A stretch of 63,867 nt of DNA, filler included, from Choristocarpus tenellus KU-1152 (GCA_964200185.2; 9 parts of 9 records of this genome joined end to end with filler, not necessarily neighbours in it), one strand, 5' to 3'; shown: positions 40,829 through 53,099, counted from the whole stretch's first letter. Made by a program: numbers and translations. Notes: a model not told the origin generated them from the sequence alone.

Positions 40829-41871
40829 GATCCAAAGCATTTTAGAGGGTAGGAGATTTGCCCTGTTTGTCCGTTCGGGGCTTGGCTTCCCACGGGTTTT
40901 TTATGCCCTTTTTCGGCTTTCTGTGTGAGCACAGTTACATACAATGTATACGACTATGAAAGGTGTGTCCGGAGCGAGGATATTGACACTTTCTAACAAA
41001 CACAATGTTGAAACCTGGGATTGAATGGTTCATGCTCTTGTACGGTGGCAGGTTGGTTGTGGCGAATGTGTGTTATGGTGGACTGAAGCACCAGTGAATT
41101 CATGATGATGAACCTAGTGACATGACGTACATAGTCAGAGGTTATTTGGTATGATGTTGTCAGTAACTCCTGGAGACGCCAAAAGGAAGAAGTGCATGCT
41201 CTGAGTAGAGGCTTTGCACCTCGTGAAGAAGGATTTTTGAGGATGTTTTAACTCTGAATATATTACTCCTGATGTGTGGAGGTATACTTAGTGCAGAAGG
41301 AACTCGAAGTCTTAGAAGGGGGGCAATGCCAGCCAGAAAATGAATAATCAACATATTATGAGACACACCAGATGGCTCTGATGTGAAGATCGAAAGAAAA
41401 ACAAAGAAACAAACTTGAAACAATATCTGAGACGATTCATATGGCACATACTATCCTTGTATGTTTGACAGATATCCACTGTTCCATACTTCCTATGCAC
41501 CGTGCTGTTCTAACAGAAACTGACGATGCTATGGTGAGGTGTTAATGGTGTAAATGTAACTAACAACCAGTACCGATGTGCGAATCAACAGTCAGTATGA
41601 GCTGGTAAATACTGTATCGTACCAAGTATTATACCAAAGATGAATAGTCTATGTCGACTATTCCATACTCTTGTACACCATGATCTTCTAAGAGTAGTTG
41701 ATGATGCTATGACGAGCTACTAATAATGATGTAAATGTGACTAACAACCAGTATCGATGTGTGAATCAAGTCAGTGTATGTATTAACATACAACGAAAAT
41801 TCATCAAGATCGCAACATTGGATTTATGACCCCGAACGAACACGGCCCTACCCTCTTAAATGGTTTGGGTC
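40829..41871 (-). mobile_element. MITE subfamily A' split by a solo LTR
   Basis: Halves 40829-41005 and 41789-41871 rejoin into an element like 49692-49947; TSD TGCA/TGCA. Confidence 0.85.
41006..41788 (-). mobile_element. Solo LTR of copia family 1
   Basis: TGTTGAA...TTAACA ends, 5-bp TSD CACAA/TACAA, and clear similarity to the LTR at 42670-43450 next to a PBS and gag. Confidence 0.8.
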
Positions 41872-41899
41872 TGCAAACCAGGTCAAATATCCTCGAGAT

Positions 41900-43468
41900 G
41901 TACTACTTGTCTACCACGGGCTTTGGCGGTGAGGGCGATGTTGGGAGTTCCATCCGATGAACGGTCGACCAGGTTCAGGTCGCTATTGTAGGTGGTGGAT
42001 GGCTGCAATGAGGTTGTCTATTGAGTAGTCCGACTGGAAACAAACTTGACTGCAAAGAACTTCATATCCCATGGAGAGTCCTGTGAGTAGAGCAGCCCAC
42101 AGACGGGATTTGCTGATTGTTTCTCCAAATCCTTCAAGTTCGATCTTGGCCCTGTAGAGACGGAGAAGCCACTGATCCGGGTCCTCACCGAGTTCCGTCG
42201 TACATTGCTCGCCCAAATTGGCAATGAACGGCACGCATCCATTGTTCGGTTGCGGCTTCATATTTGGTCTTGAGTGCATGCCACGTGGATAGGCCATCAT
42301 TGAGGTTGGTCTCATGGCACTACTGGAGGCCATGAAGTAGGTCTTTGGCAGGTTTCGCTAAAGGTAGCAAGGAGGATGCCAAACAGCTGGTCATTGTCTT
42401 CGGTATAGGTAGTGTTAGGAGTGGTGGTGGTTGTGGCGGAGGAACTGGAGGCGCTCTGGACGAAGACGTGATGGGCCCGAGGTGCCACATAGCTCAGGAT
42501 TCCCACCAAATCCAGTTTGAAGGTGTCCCATGACGAATCATCACCAAAATATATGGGGAGTTTCAGTGTGCATTCCATGATGTTGCAATAGTGGTATCTG
42601 ATGCGGTGATGATGGTAGGTAGTACAAGACGAGGTTGTGTGAGTTGTGTATGTGTTGAGGTTCATAACCTGTTGAAATCTGAATTCAAATGAATCGTGCT
42701 TTTTCGTGCAGTGACAGATTTGTAACGAAGGGATGTCATAGTGCAGTAAGGTATCAGTGAATTTGTTCTAATGAACCCGGTGACATACTTTTCTCAGTCA
42801 GAGGTTGTTTGATGTGAAATCGAGATTATTCCTTGGGACACTTAAAGGAAGGAATGACCCATAGTATCTCAGACGGGGGGTCAAACGTCCAATCGGGCCT
42901 GTGTGATCCTGTAGATACTTTCGTGTCATAAGAGTGAACGCGTCAGGTGTAAAGGTAGTTTCCTTCATCTAAACGCACCCTCCTTTTCTATACCCTTCCC
43001 TGAACCAAATTCGAAGGAAATCGTTCTTACAACGGGCATCAAACTGGGATATTTTACAACAACTCATCAAGTCCCGAACGGACAAACAAGGCAAAACACT
43101 CCCCCCTCTAATATACTATGACCCAACGCATGATGCTCTGAGTAGAGTCTTGTCACCTTGAAGAAGAAGAGTTTCTGAGGATATTTTAACTCTGAATATA
43201 TTGCATCCAGGTGCGTATCAGGTACACTTAACGCAGAGTGAGCTTGATGTCTTAGGAGGGGGCAATGCCAGTCAGAAAAATAATATTCAACGTATGATAT
43301 ACAACTGAAGACCCTGATGCGAAGAAAAAAGTTACAAAGAAAAAAACTTGAACAAATATCTGTGATAAATCATATGGCACATACCATGCCAGTATGTTTG
43401 ATAGGTATCGACTGTTCAATACTTCGTGTGTACCATGTGTTGCAGAATGTGTATAATCCCAACCTTGA
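41900..43468 (-). mobile_element. Copia family 1, 5' part: LTR (42670-~43468), PBS (42657-42669), frameshifted gag
   Basis: LTR end TTTCAACA is followed by GGTTATGAACC. Gag-like KLPIYFGDDSSWDTFK...GEDPDQWLLRL...ELEGFGETIS...LLTGLSMGYE (UBN2-type). Confidence 0.82.
42856..43124. mobile_element. MITE family C (related termini) inserted in the copia-1 LTR
   Basis: GACCCATAGTATCTCAGACGGGG...CCCCTCTAATATACTATGACCC; absent from the solo LTR copy at the equivalent position. Confidence 0.75.
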
Positions 43469-45689
43469 TGTTGAAATATGTAGAATTGAATCCTTCTCAG
43501 TTATGTTGTAGTAGGTAGAAGGTTGGAGTGAGAAACACCATCCAAGTTGGGGTGTGTGATAAACCTTTCACTCGTCCCTGATCACTAATAACTCACCATT
43601 CAATCCGTGTTACTGGCTTACAACATTCTTTTTCCCGCATTCTTCTTATGGTGTTGGAACAACCGGGTTATTATTCTCTCAATCACTCAACAGAAAGATT
43701 ACTGTCAACTATCCAGTTATCCAACAGTTATCCAACAGTTATCCAACAGTTATCTAAGAGTTCTCCAACAACACACCCTAATTATCTAACAACTGATTGT
43801 TTTCTTAATAAGAATTTTCTCAGATGAGTTAAAAGCATATTCTTAACACATTCCCCTGCTTTGAACTTCTTGTGGAACTTCGATCACCAAACAGTACACA
43901 TCACATCATATCACACACTACCCAGAATGATATCTGTGTGCCTATCGAACAACTCCTTGACTATCCCTTGGTAAAAAGATCAGCATGTTGGAACTCCGTT
44001 CACAAATATCCATTTTGGTATCCTTCCTTCCCAACTTGGTTGCATGAACATGTGCACTTGGTTGAGGAACATAACCTCCTTCCCAAACTCACACAGGCGA
44101 ACATATTCAGCCTCAGCAGTAGATAGTGTAACCGTTTTCTGCTTCCTAGACCACCAGTCAGCACATCCTCCTCCAAACATCACAACACCACTAGAAATAG
44201 ACAATCTACTATCCTTGCAGTTTTCATAATCAGCACCTGTATAACCAAATAACTGATCTGTTGGTCCATTCCCATACAACTCACACCATACTGCACGTTC
44301 TGATGTTTCACCAGGTTCAGGTGGGGGATCGCTGTTATGGTCTGCAAGTCTCAGTAACAACCTTCGACCACTCCCCTGCTGTAGCGTGGCGGATCCATGC
44401 CACCAGCACCAGTATTCAGCATCTCATCAGTACTTTCATCCTCCGTAGTGCTCACCACATCTATTCCACCTTCCCAACTTCAAGTTCCGAATCAAAACCC
44501 GCATTTTCCAAATACACTCGCTCTGGATCATTTTCCCTGTAATCTCTTCTTCCGATCCCAAAGAAATTCCCAACAATACCAAATCCCCAGTCCTCGGCCC
44601 AAAGTCTTCCTCCAAGATTCCATCCCCAGCTTTGTTAATCCCACCAACAGAATAAAGTTCCCAAACATAGTCACGCCTCTTGACTATTTGCCATGAGTTT
44701 GTAAGAAGAACCCGCAAAGAATCAGAAGGGTGGTTAGAAGAACATCCCATCATCAAACAAGGTTCGACTCTTGGAGCCAACTTGTGCATATGATGATCCA
44801 CGCTTGTGAGTCCCTTAGAACCCCAAAGAGGTAACAAGTGAGGGTCGAACACGATAACCCTAACCATAACACTAATCCTAACCCTATAAAACATTTTATA
44901 AAGTGATTTCGAGTGAAGGTCGGCAGACGTGGGACAAAGGTTTGTTAGTGTAGTAGCCATATTGTGCGCCTCCAACCACAAACCCAGTCGATCCCCCAAT
45001 CCAGCCGTGTGCATCATGACCAGCCCCTTCTCCGCTATCAGTGCAATCGCACTTTCCACTTTACCATTCAATTGGGGGGTACCCGGAACTGTGTACTCAT
45101 GTCGAATCAGGTGTTAATCCGACACCCCCTTGAAGTCCCCATTCTTGAACTCCATGCCCTCATCAGTCCTCACACACCCGATACGCAAGTCTTGCACATC
45201 TGCCACATCTGAAATAAAAGCCCGAAAAACCATTGCAGTTTCATTCTTGGCTCGCAGGAATCGAATCCATTTCATCCCTGTCTTGTCACATACCATAAGC
45301 ATCTCGTAAAGGTATCCACCCGGACTGCTCACGCTTGGCTTCTGTCCGCTCAAATCTATGAGCACCCGTCCCAACCGTCGTGCAGACTTACATTCTTTTA
45401 CCTTGGGTACTGGTTTCCGATGAGTCTTGCCAATAGCGCACCCTTTGCGGTATTGTTGCCACTCCCCAGATAAGTAAATCCCAAGATCCTTGCCATACCT
45501 GTATATCATCGCTTTCATGGCAGTCACCGAGTTGCATATGCATCTGGTTGATATCCACTTTAGTAGTAGGTCGCATCTCACCACTCGGGGCCCATGGGGC
45601 CATGATAAAAGCTCCAGCCCCACCTTGGGCGAGCTCATCAGGTCCACCATTGCCTAATGTTGATGCGAGTTGTACATCACCAGTTCCCA
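43469..45689 (-). mobile_element. Copia family 2, 3' part: integrase, largely deleted RT, RNase H, PPT, 3' LTR (43469-43848)
   Basis: GCAIGKTHRKP..LGRVLIDLSG..CVRTDEGMEF..NGKVES (integrase); GYTGADYENCKDSRLSISSG..WWSRKQKTVTLSTAEAEY (RNase H); PPT GCAGGGGAA; LTR TGTTAAGAATATG...CATATTTCAACA. Confidence 0.92.
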
Positions 45690-46097
45690 TGACCCAAAGT
45701 ATCTGGGGGGGGGGGGTTCTGTGCAAATTACCTTGGGAGGTAATGCTATTTGTTAGTAGTGAAGATAAGAAAGTGTGAAGCCTCACACGACCNNNNNNNN
45801 NNNNNNNNNNNNNNNNNNNNNNNNNNNNNNNNNNNNTTAATTAATTAANNNNNNNNNNNNNNNNNNNNNNNNNNNNNNNNNNNNNNNNNNNNTTTGTTGT
45901 GTGTGGGTTTTGGGTTGGGGTGGGTGGGTGTGTGTGTGGTTGGGGGGGGGGGGGGGGGGGGGGGCAGGGTCGAACGCTACCCGAACCCTGAAAAGAAAAA
46001 AAAAAGAAGGCAAAAGAAGACACAGAATGAACGAATTGTCCCCAAAGGCAATGAATGACACAGGCAAGTAAGTGTGTGTTTCCACAATATTGGGAAG

Positions 46098-46151
<54 letters not shown>

Positions 46152-46262
46152 GAAACGACGCGGGTGAGTGCGAGTGTGAATTTCCACAATATTGGAAAGG
46201 CGTGTATGTTAGATGAATCGTATCGTGCATGTAGCATGGCCTGAAGCGACAACTCCACTCAC

Positions 46263-47123
46263 ATGTTGTGCCAGTCTATCGCTCATGGGGCGGCCCGCAG
46301 CAACTTTGAGCATCTGCAAATGCATCACACAAGGGCAGGAGTTCGTAAACCAGCTTAGGCGTATCACACCGCATCAAGCTCCCACCAAAAGAGCACAGAG
46401 GAGACACCAAAAGACTCAACTGCTTTACATCGACGTTACACCTTTGGGGAGATGGTACAGCTCCTCCCTGCCCTGCCACTCCACTACTGGGGCGGGGCGC
46501 TACATCTCTTTCTTTTTCTCTTTCTTTTTCTTTTTCTCTTTCTTTATATTTTTATTTTTTTATATTTTTATTTTTTAACAGTAGTGTACATGGAAAAAAA
46601 AGGCTTTGCTCCTTTAAATTTAATCCACATTCGTTCCAAAATCGACTCCAAAATCTAACCCTAACCCTAACCCTAACCCTACCGTCCAACACTGACAGGG
46701 GACACTGTATGGGTTGACCTCACTCACATTTGTGTACTATAGGGTGGTGACTAATCCTGGATTCTTAAAGGTACAGCCCCCCCCCCCCAATGCACAACAA
46801 CATCCCCATCTCTGGTGGGAAGATTCGGATACAATAGTCAAGAAGTAGTCAAGATTACCTAACCCTAACTGGGGGTACACGAGATGCACACAAAAATAAT
46901 AAAAAGTGCCTCCAATTTTATCAGAAATTTCTTGACGCGATTGCTGGCGCACACTCTCTACCTCTAAACCAAACCAATATAGAGAAAAAAGAGAAAGAAA
47001 GAGGCAACCTCCCACTTGTTCGAAAAAATTGCAAGTTGGGGGGGGGGGGGGGGGGGGGGGGAAAAAACCACCACAAAATTTTTTATTTTTTAAAAATAAN
47101 NNNNNNNNNGCCGGGAGGAGGGG

Positions 47124-47162
<39 letters not shown>

Positions 47163-48505
47163 AAATGGGACAAACACACGCACATGTATATATTGTTACA
47201 AATTAATGGAACGATTTCCCCGCATCACTACACCAACTCCGCCTGAAAAAAGAGATGTGAACAGACTATACCCCTGGACTCTTGAGGGTAAGAACACTAT
47301 CACGTTGGAGACATTCACTATATACACACTAGTTACAATAACAGTTACAGTTACAGTTACAATAACAGTTACAGTTACAATAACAGGTACAGTTACAATA
47401 ACCCCCAAGAGTGATCTTGTTCGGCAGAAGGGGATATATATATATATACATGCAGATACAATATTCGAGGAAAAAAAGATGATTAGTACTATCAGTGTTA
47501 TCATTAGTACTATCAGTGTTATCATTAGTACTATCAGCATTATCATTATTGCTGCTGTTAGTACTACTCCACCATCATTTATTATTTTATCAATACCTTG
47601 GGGTCATAAGTTCGACTTTACTTCAGAAGCAACACAGGAACACCAAAAGATGTAGTGATTTGTCAGGTTAGCAGTCTAATTAGATGAGCAATCTGTAATT
47701 TCCAGCAAGGGCACACTCAACACAGCGTCCCACGGGGGCTCGCTCACTTCTTCCCACCCAGCTTTTCACTTCTTCCAACTAGGGCGGGCACAAACTCAAG
47801 ACTTGGTACGCACGAACTTCTTTTTTTTGCTTTCTACAAATAAACAGATAAATAGTATGCACACAATAAAACAAATAAAAACAAGAAACAGAAAAAATAT
47901 ATACATACAATAAAATAAATAATATGCATACAATAAAACAAATAAATAAAAACAAATATATAAATAATATGCATACAATAAAACAAATAAAAACAAGAAC
48001 CAGATAAATAATATACATACAATAAAATAAATAAATAAAAACATACAAATAATATGCATATAATAAAACAAATAAAAACAAGAACCGGATAAATAATATG
48101 CATACAATAAAACATATAAATAATATACACGTAAGAAAACAAATAAATAAAACAAGAAACACATAAATTATATGCACACAATAAAACAATAACAGATAAA
48201 TCATATACATAAAATAAAACAAATAAACAGAATAAACAAGAACAGCAGGCGGCGGCAGCGGAAGCGGCAGCAGCAGTGGCGGTAGCAGCGATTCCATTTC
48301 CTTTTTTCAAAACACACCACAAATAAATTTAAAAAAATGTAAAAAATAAAATAAAAATTATTCATCTTTTTAACTCACCTCTTCCACCAAATCCACCCCC
48401 GTAACATACTCCGTGATGGGGTGTTCCACCTGGAGGCGTGTGTTCATCTCAAGGAAGTAGAACGACAGGTCCGACCCGCATATCATCTCCACGGTACCAG
48501 CAGAT
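46263..48505 (-). CDS. Biotin carboxylase domain exons (48379-48505, 46263-46313), propionyl-CoA carboxylase alpha-like; partial
   Basis: [42 protein letters not shown]|[17 protein letters not shown] with canonical splice sites. PCCA versus MCCA is not resolved. Confidence 0.88.
46655..46681. repeat. Interstitial (CCCTAA)n telomere-type repeat (also ~52999-53034 as TTAGGG)
   Basis: Four tandem units of the hexamer. Confidence 0.8.
47835..48240. repeat. A-rich degenerate tandem repeat in intron
   Basis: Repeated AAATAATATGCATACAATAAAACAAATAAAAACAAGAA variants. Confidence 0.85.
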
Positions 48506-48610
48506 CTATCATCAATAAAACAGGAAGGCGTCTGCACGTGATGGAGGGATTTTTCTTTTCTTTTTTTTGTTGTTCTGTGTGTGCGTGGAACCGGTTAGCA
48601 TTTGCGAGTG

Positions 48611-48790
48611 TCAAACGAAACCGTCGTATGAAATAACCCTAACCCTAACCCTAAGCATCAACGAAACCGCCGTATGAAATAACCCTAACCCTAAGCATCA
48701 ACGAAACCGCCATATGAAATAACCCTAAGCCTAACCCTAAGCGTCAACGAAACCGCCGTATGAAATAACCCTAACCCTAACCCTAACCCA
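48611..48790. repeat. Minisatellite of four units, each ending in telomeric CCCTAA repeats
   Basis: TCAACGAAACCGCCGTATGAAATAA(CCCTAA)2-3. Confidence 0.9.
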
Positions 48791-49691
48791 AATAAATAAA
48801 TAAATGAAACTCGTTCGGCATCGCTATTGTGGAAGATGCCCCCCCCCCTTGCCTACCAACAAAAATAAATAAAATACATGCGCTGGGAATGCACACGCCA
48901 CACACATAATTATGTGTGTGTATGTGTACGTGTATGTGTATACATATACGCTCTTACTTCAACAGCGGAAAAAAAAAAAAGAAGCACGAAACAAAAAAAA
49001 AAAAGGATGTTCAGAACACCAAAAAAGAAGCACGAAATATTCCCAGCAGGTATTATTACTATTATTGATAATTAGATACATTTCATATACCCACTACCTT
49101 TCACCATCCCCCCCCCCCCCCACCACCCCCTCTCTCTCCCTCTCTCCCCCCACTCAAAAAAAATATTTTTNNNNNNNNNNNNNNNNNNNNNNNNNNNNNN
49201 NNNNNNNNNNNNNNTTAATTAATTAANNNNNNNNNNNNNNNNNNNNNNNNNNNNNNNNNNNNNNNNNNNNCAAATCACCCAAAAATCGCGACACGAAAAA
49301 ATTGACCCCAAATGTAGAGCTGCCACCCCCCCCCCAGATACTTTGAGCGTCACCTTTAGTGATAACTCCTCTAAAACCGCGCTGTTGGGTTAATTCTTGC
49401 AATTATTACTGCCACATTCGAAAAAAAAGTTACCGTTTTAGAGTGCCATGTTCGGGTATAGTCTGAGACATAATGTTCAGCATACTCACTAAGATGCGTT
49501 CTGAATGGTGTTTTCACTGCAACCGTGGTAGTAGTCACTCCGAGGAAAAAACTTAGGTTTGAACTTTTTGGCCATGCCACTAAACATATTGATCAATGAG
49601 CAATATCGAACGAAAGGCTGTCATCTCAGCATTTTGCTCTCCACCGAGAAAATGGTTCGAAAATGTATTTGGTGTTGCTCAATATGGCTCA

Positions 49692-49947
49692 GACCCAAAA
49701 CATTTAAGAGGGTAGGAGTTTTGCCCTGTTTTCCATTCGGGTCTTGGCTTCCCATGGATTTTTTATGCCCTTTTTCGGTTTTCTGTGCCAGAACAGTTAC
49801 CTAAAATATACGACTATGAAAGGTGTACCCAGAGGAAGAATATTGGCACTTGCTAACAAACACGATAAGACAAAATTCATCATAATCACATCATTGGGTT
49901 TGTTACCTCGAACAGGCGCGGCCCTACCCTCTTAAATGCTCTGACTC
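49692..49947 (-). mobile_element. MITE subfamily A'
   Basis: GACCCAAAACATTTAAGAGGGTA...TACCCTCTTAAATGCTCTGACTC; TSD TCA/TCA. Confidence 0.88.
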
Positions 49948-50096
49948 TCAGTGGTTAAGGCGGCTGTACCCTGCAGGAATTTCGCGAATTCCTGCAGACA
50001 TACTTTCACAGAAATCTGGTTTCAATGATCGAATCCTGATGATTGAATCTTGTGTGGCAAGCCCATCTGATTATATACCTGTACTATCCTGTCTTT

Positions 50097-50355
50097 GAGC
50101 CAAAGTATCTTAGAGGATAGAGCCGTGTCCATTTGGGGGCCAATATCGAATGTTGCGATTTTGATGTAATTTTGGCTATTGCATATGTTAGTAGGTGTCA
50201 ATATCCATGATCCAGACACACCTTGTCATGACGTCTACATTTTGCCTACTCCCAAACATTTTGGAGTAGGAACATGTCATAAAAACATCCATGGGAAGTC
50301 AAGCCCCAAATGGACAAGCAGGGCAAAACTCGTACCCTCTAAGATACTTTCACTC
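50097..50355 (+). mobile_element. MITE family A
   Basis: Full TIRs; TSD TTT/TTT. Confidence 0.92.
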
Positions 50356-50733
50356 TTTGGCTATGCCACAAAAATGTCGTGTGGTGGAAACGTTGAGGCT
50401 GGTCCAGCAGAAGATTCAAGGGAGGATACGGAGCAATGAGCGGTGGGAGTGCTGAACCCAACGCTTTAGAACCAAGGCGGGAATAAAGGCAGTACAAATA
50501 GTTGTAGTGCAACAGTTAGTCGGAAGTTAGTATGAGAAGTAGTGTAGTGTGTAGTGTGTAGTGCCTCTGTCGGGATAATCCCCAAACTATTGTGAAGATA
50601 GTAACAATACATATAATATAAACAATGTAGCGAACAAATTCGGTACAAGTCTGAAATTGATTCATTTCAATGCTGAAGTCTACACAGAAATATTCAAACA
50701 GATATTATTCATCATTTGAAGAGGCAAAGCCAA

Positions 50734-50990
50734 GAGTCAAAGTATCTTAGAGGGTAGAGTCACGTCCGTCTGGGGGACAAAATCCAATGTTGCGATTTTG
50801 ATGTAATCTTGGCTGTAGTGTTTATTAGGATATGTCAATATTCTTGTTCCGGACACACCTTTTCATAACGTATACATTTTACCTACTCCGTAACATTTCG
50901 GAGTAGGAAAATGCCATACAAAAAAAGTGGGAAGCCCAGCCCCAAACGAACAAACAAGGCAAAACTCGTACCCTCTATGATACTTCACTC
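50734..50990 (+). mobile_element. MITE family A
   Basis: TIRs present; TSD CAA/CAT (one mismatch). Confidence 0.88.
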
Positions 50991-51707
50991 CATCCTCGTT
51001 CATATGCTGTTTTGTGTGTTGATCAACTCGTTGCCCAACATCTAGACACACTCAACTCGAGTATGAACCAATATCATCACATTGTGCTGCTGCTGTCCCC
51101 TCATAGGCACTTGATGCCAAAATGATACCATTTTAATAGGTGATGCTGACCTGGTCAAAAGCTCTCTCTCTACCTCCATCGTTTTAGTATTTTTGTTGTT
51201 GGCACCAGCAGAGGGGAAGGGAGTATCGGCTAGTGATCTCTGTTCATCACCAGAAAAAAGAGTTGGTGGTATTTTGGTGCAGGAGTCCTAGCCTGCAATC
51301 AAAGCAAGGAAATCTGTACCACGACTGGGACAAAGAATATGCTTTTCATAAGAGCACCAACACTGAGGGATGGGCGGTGGTGATGGGGAAGTGGAAGCCT
51401 ATAAATTGTGGAAGGTGTACAGGTCTCATGATAGGTTGCCCCAGGATAGGACATCTGCAATGATGCAGTACCTAACTAGCAAGTGACTGACCAACCTATG
51501 GATGATGAGCAGCATGGAGGCTAGTGGGATGGAGCAGATTATCCACAGAGAAGCCTTGGAAAGAACACAAGGTTGCATGTGCCAATGGAATGCCACAAGG
51601 CAATCACTGCAGACAACATCAATACCACTTAGCAAGCAAACAGAACTGTTGACATGCCGTACATTCCGGGAGAGGGTGGAGGTTGACGTTCAGAAAGACC
51701 AACTGGG

Positions 51708-51889
51708 GGCTTAAAGTATCTGGGGGGATGGGGGTGGCGGCTGTCCGTTTGGGGTCAATTTTTTCATGTCGCGATTTTTGTGTGATTTGGTTCCATACGT
51801 CCAATGGATAATGAAAATACACTTTTCCTTATTTTGGCCCAAATGGACACCCTGGTGTGACCCCCTCCCCCTCCCAGGTACTTTGGGTC
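51708..51889. mobile_element. MITE family B, complete (~180 bp)
   Basis: GGCTTAAAGTATCTGGGGG...CTCCCAGGTACTTTGGGTC. Confidence 0.85.
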
Positions 51890-51946
51890 GGCTGTTACGA
51901 TTTTTCTAGAAACAAGAGATGGTTATAGAGTGCGCGTGGCGATATG

Positions 51947-52058
51947 AGGTACACAGTAGATCTCTGACGGTTCAAGGTACACAGTAGATCTCCTACGGTT
52001 CAAGGTTCACAGTATATCTCTGATGGTTCAAGGTACGCAGTAGATCTCTGACGGTTCA
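51947..52058. repeat. 28-bp tandem repeat, 4 copies
   Basis: AGGTACACAGTAGATCTCTGACGGTTCA. Confidence 0.9.
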
Positions 52059-53099
52059 GGTTGCACCCAGTTTGCTACTGTTGGCATGTTGTGCTGATGG
52101 CGACGGTCAAAATACACACATGCCTGCTACAGAGGCGATACCTTGATCTCTTGGCAGAATATGGAGGCGTTTGTTTCAAAATTTGTCGTGTGGAGTATCA
52201 ATAAATATAGCCCCTCATACATTTTTTAAAAATTTCTTGCCTGGAAGTGAATGAGGTGCCCGAAGGTGATTTGAGGTTTTTTTATTTCATTTATTATTAT
52301 TATTATTATTATTTGGTTGTAAATGTATGGAAGCTTGGTTTGTAGAACCTTCTGGTATTTAAAAAAAAAAGGGAGTTGGGTGAGCGGGGTTTATTTTCTT
52401 AGTTGTTTTGTATTTCTGATAACGAAGAATATTTTTATCGTTCTTTTTTTTCCCTTTTATTTTTCTCTGTCTCTCTTCTACGCATGATGCGGACTCTTCT
52501 TATCACGGTACGAGAGAATCTTGTTTTGTTTTGTTTTTATTTATTTTTGTTTCACCGTTCGGGAACATTTTGTTCTGAAATGTTTTTTTTTTTAATCCAA
52601 TGTGTTGGACGAGTCGCTGTTCAACGTTATTACCATGATTACAATATATTTTTATTATTTTATTACTATTGTTATTTGTGCTTTATGAGTGAGTATTAAG
52701 AGAAAATTACGGAGTCGAGAGGGAGGTACCCAGAGTTGCGTGTATCTTATGGATGCTGATTTTGTTTAGTTTTTTTACGAATGAGTATAGAAAATTCTCA
52801 GAATTTTCTATATATATATTTGATTTTTTTTTTCAACCGATAGAGAAATAATAAACGCTCTCGCGACCTTAGCACTTCATAACGATTTTTTTTTTTTTTA
52901 AGGTGCGGAACGGCCAGGACCTGAACCTGGATGCCTCTATTGTGTGCTTTGTTTTGGTCACAACTTTTTATTTATTTGTATGCGATGGCAAAAGGGGGGT
53001 TAGGGTTAGGGTTAGAGTTAGGGTTACGGTTAGGAATTATTGTACATGAGATGATGTAGTGAGTACAAGTCAAAGTTGAGGAATGGTGTATGAATCCCG

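Noticed and set aside
47029-48322. Long hydrophobic or Thr-Val repeat ORFs
   Set aside because: Arise from poly-G, ACAGTT and A-rich tandem repeats in the biotin carboxylase intron.
49971-49997. PstI-EcoRI palindrome as vector polylinker contamination
   Set aside because: Only 12 bp match, with no other vector sequence and native repeats on both flanks.
51947-52058. 28-bp repeats as a CRISPR array
   Set aside because: Head-to-tail with no spacers; an ordinary minisatellite.
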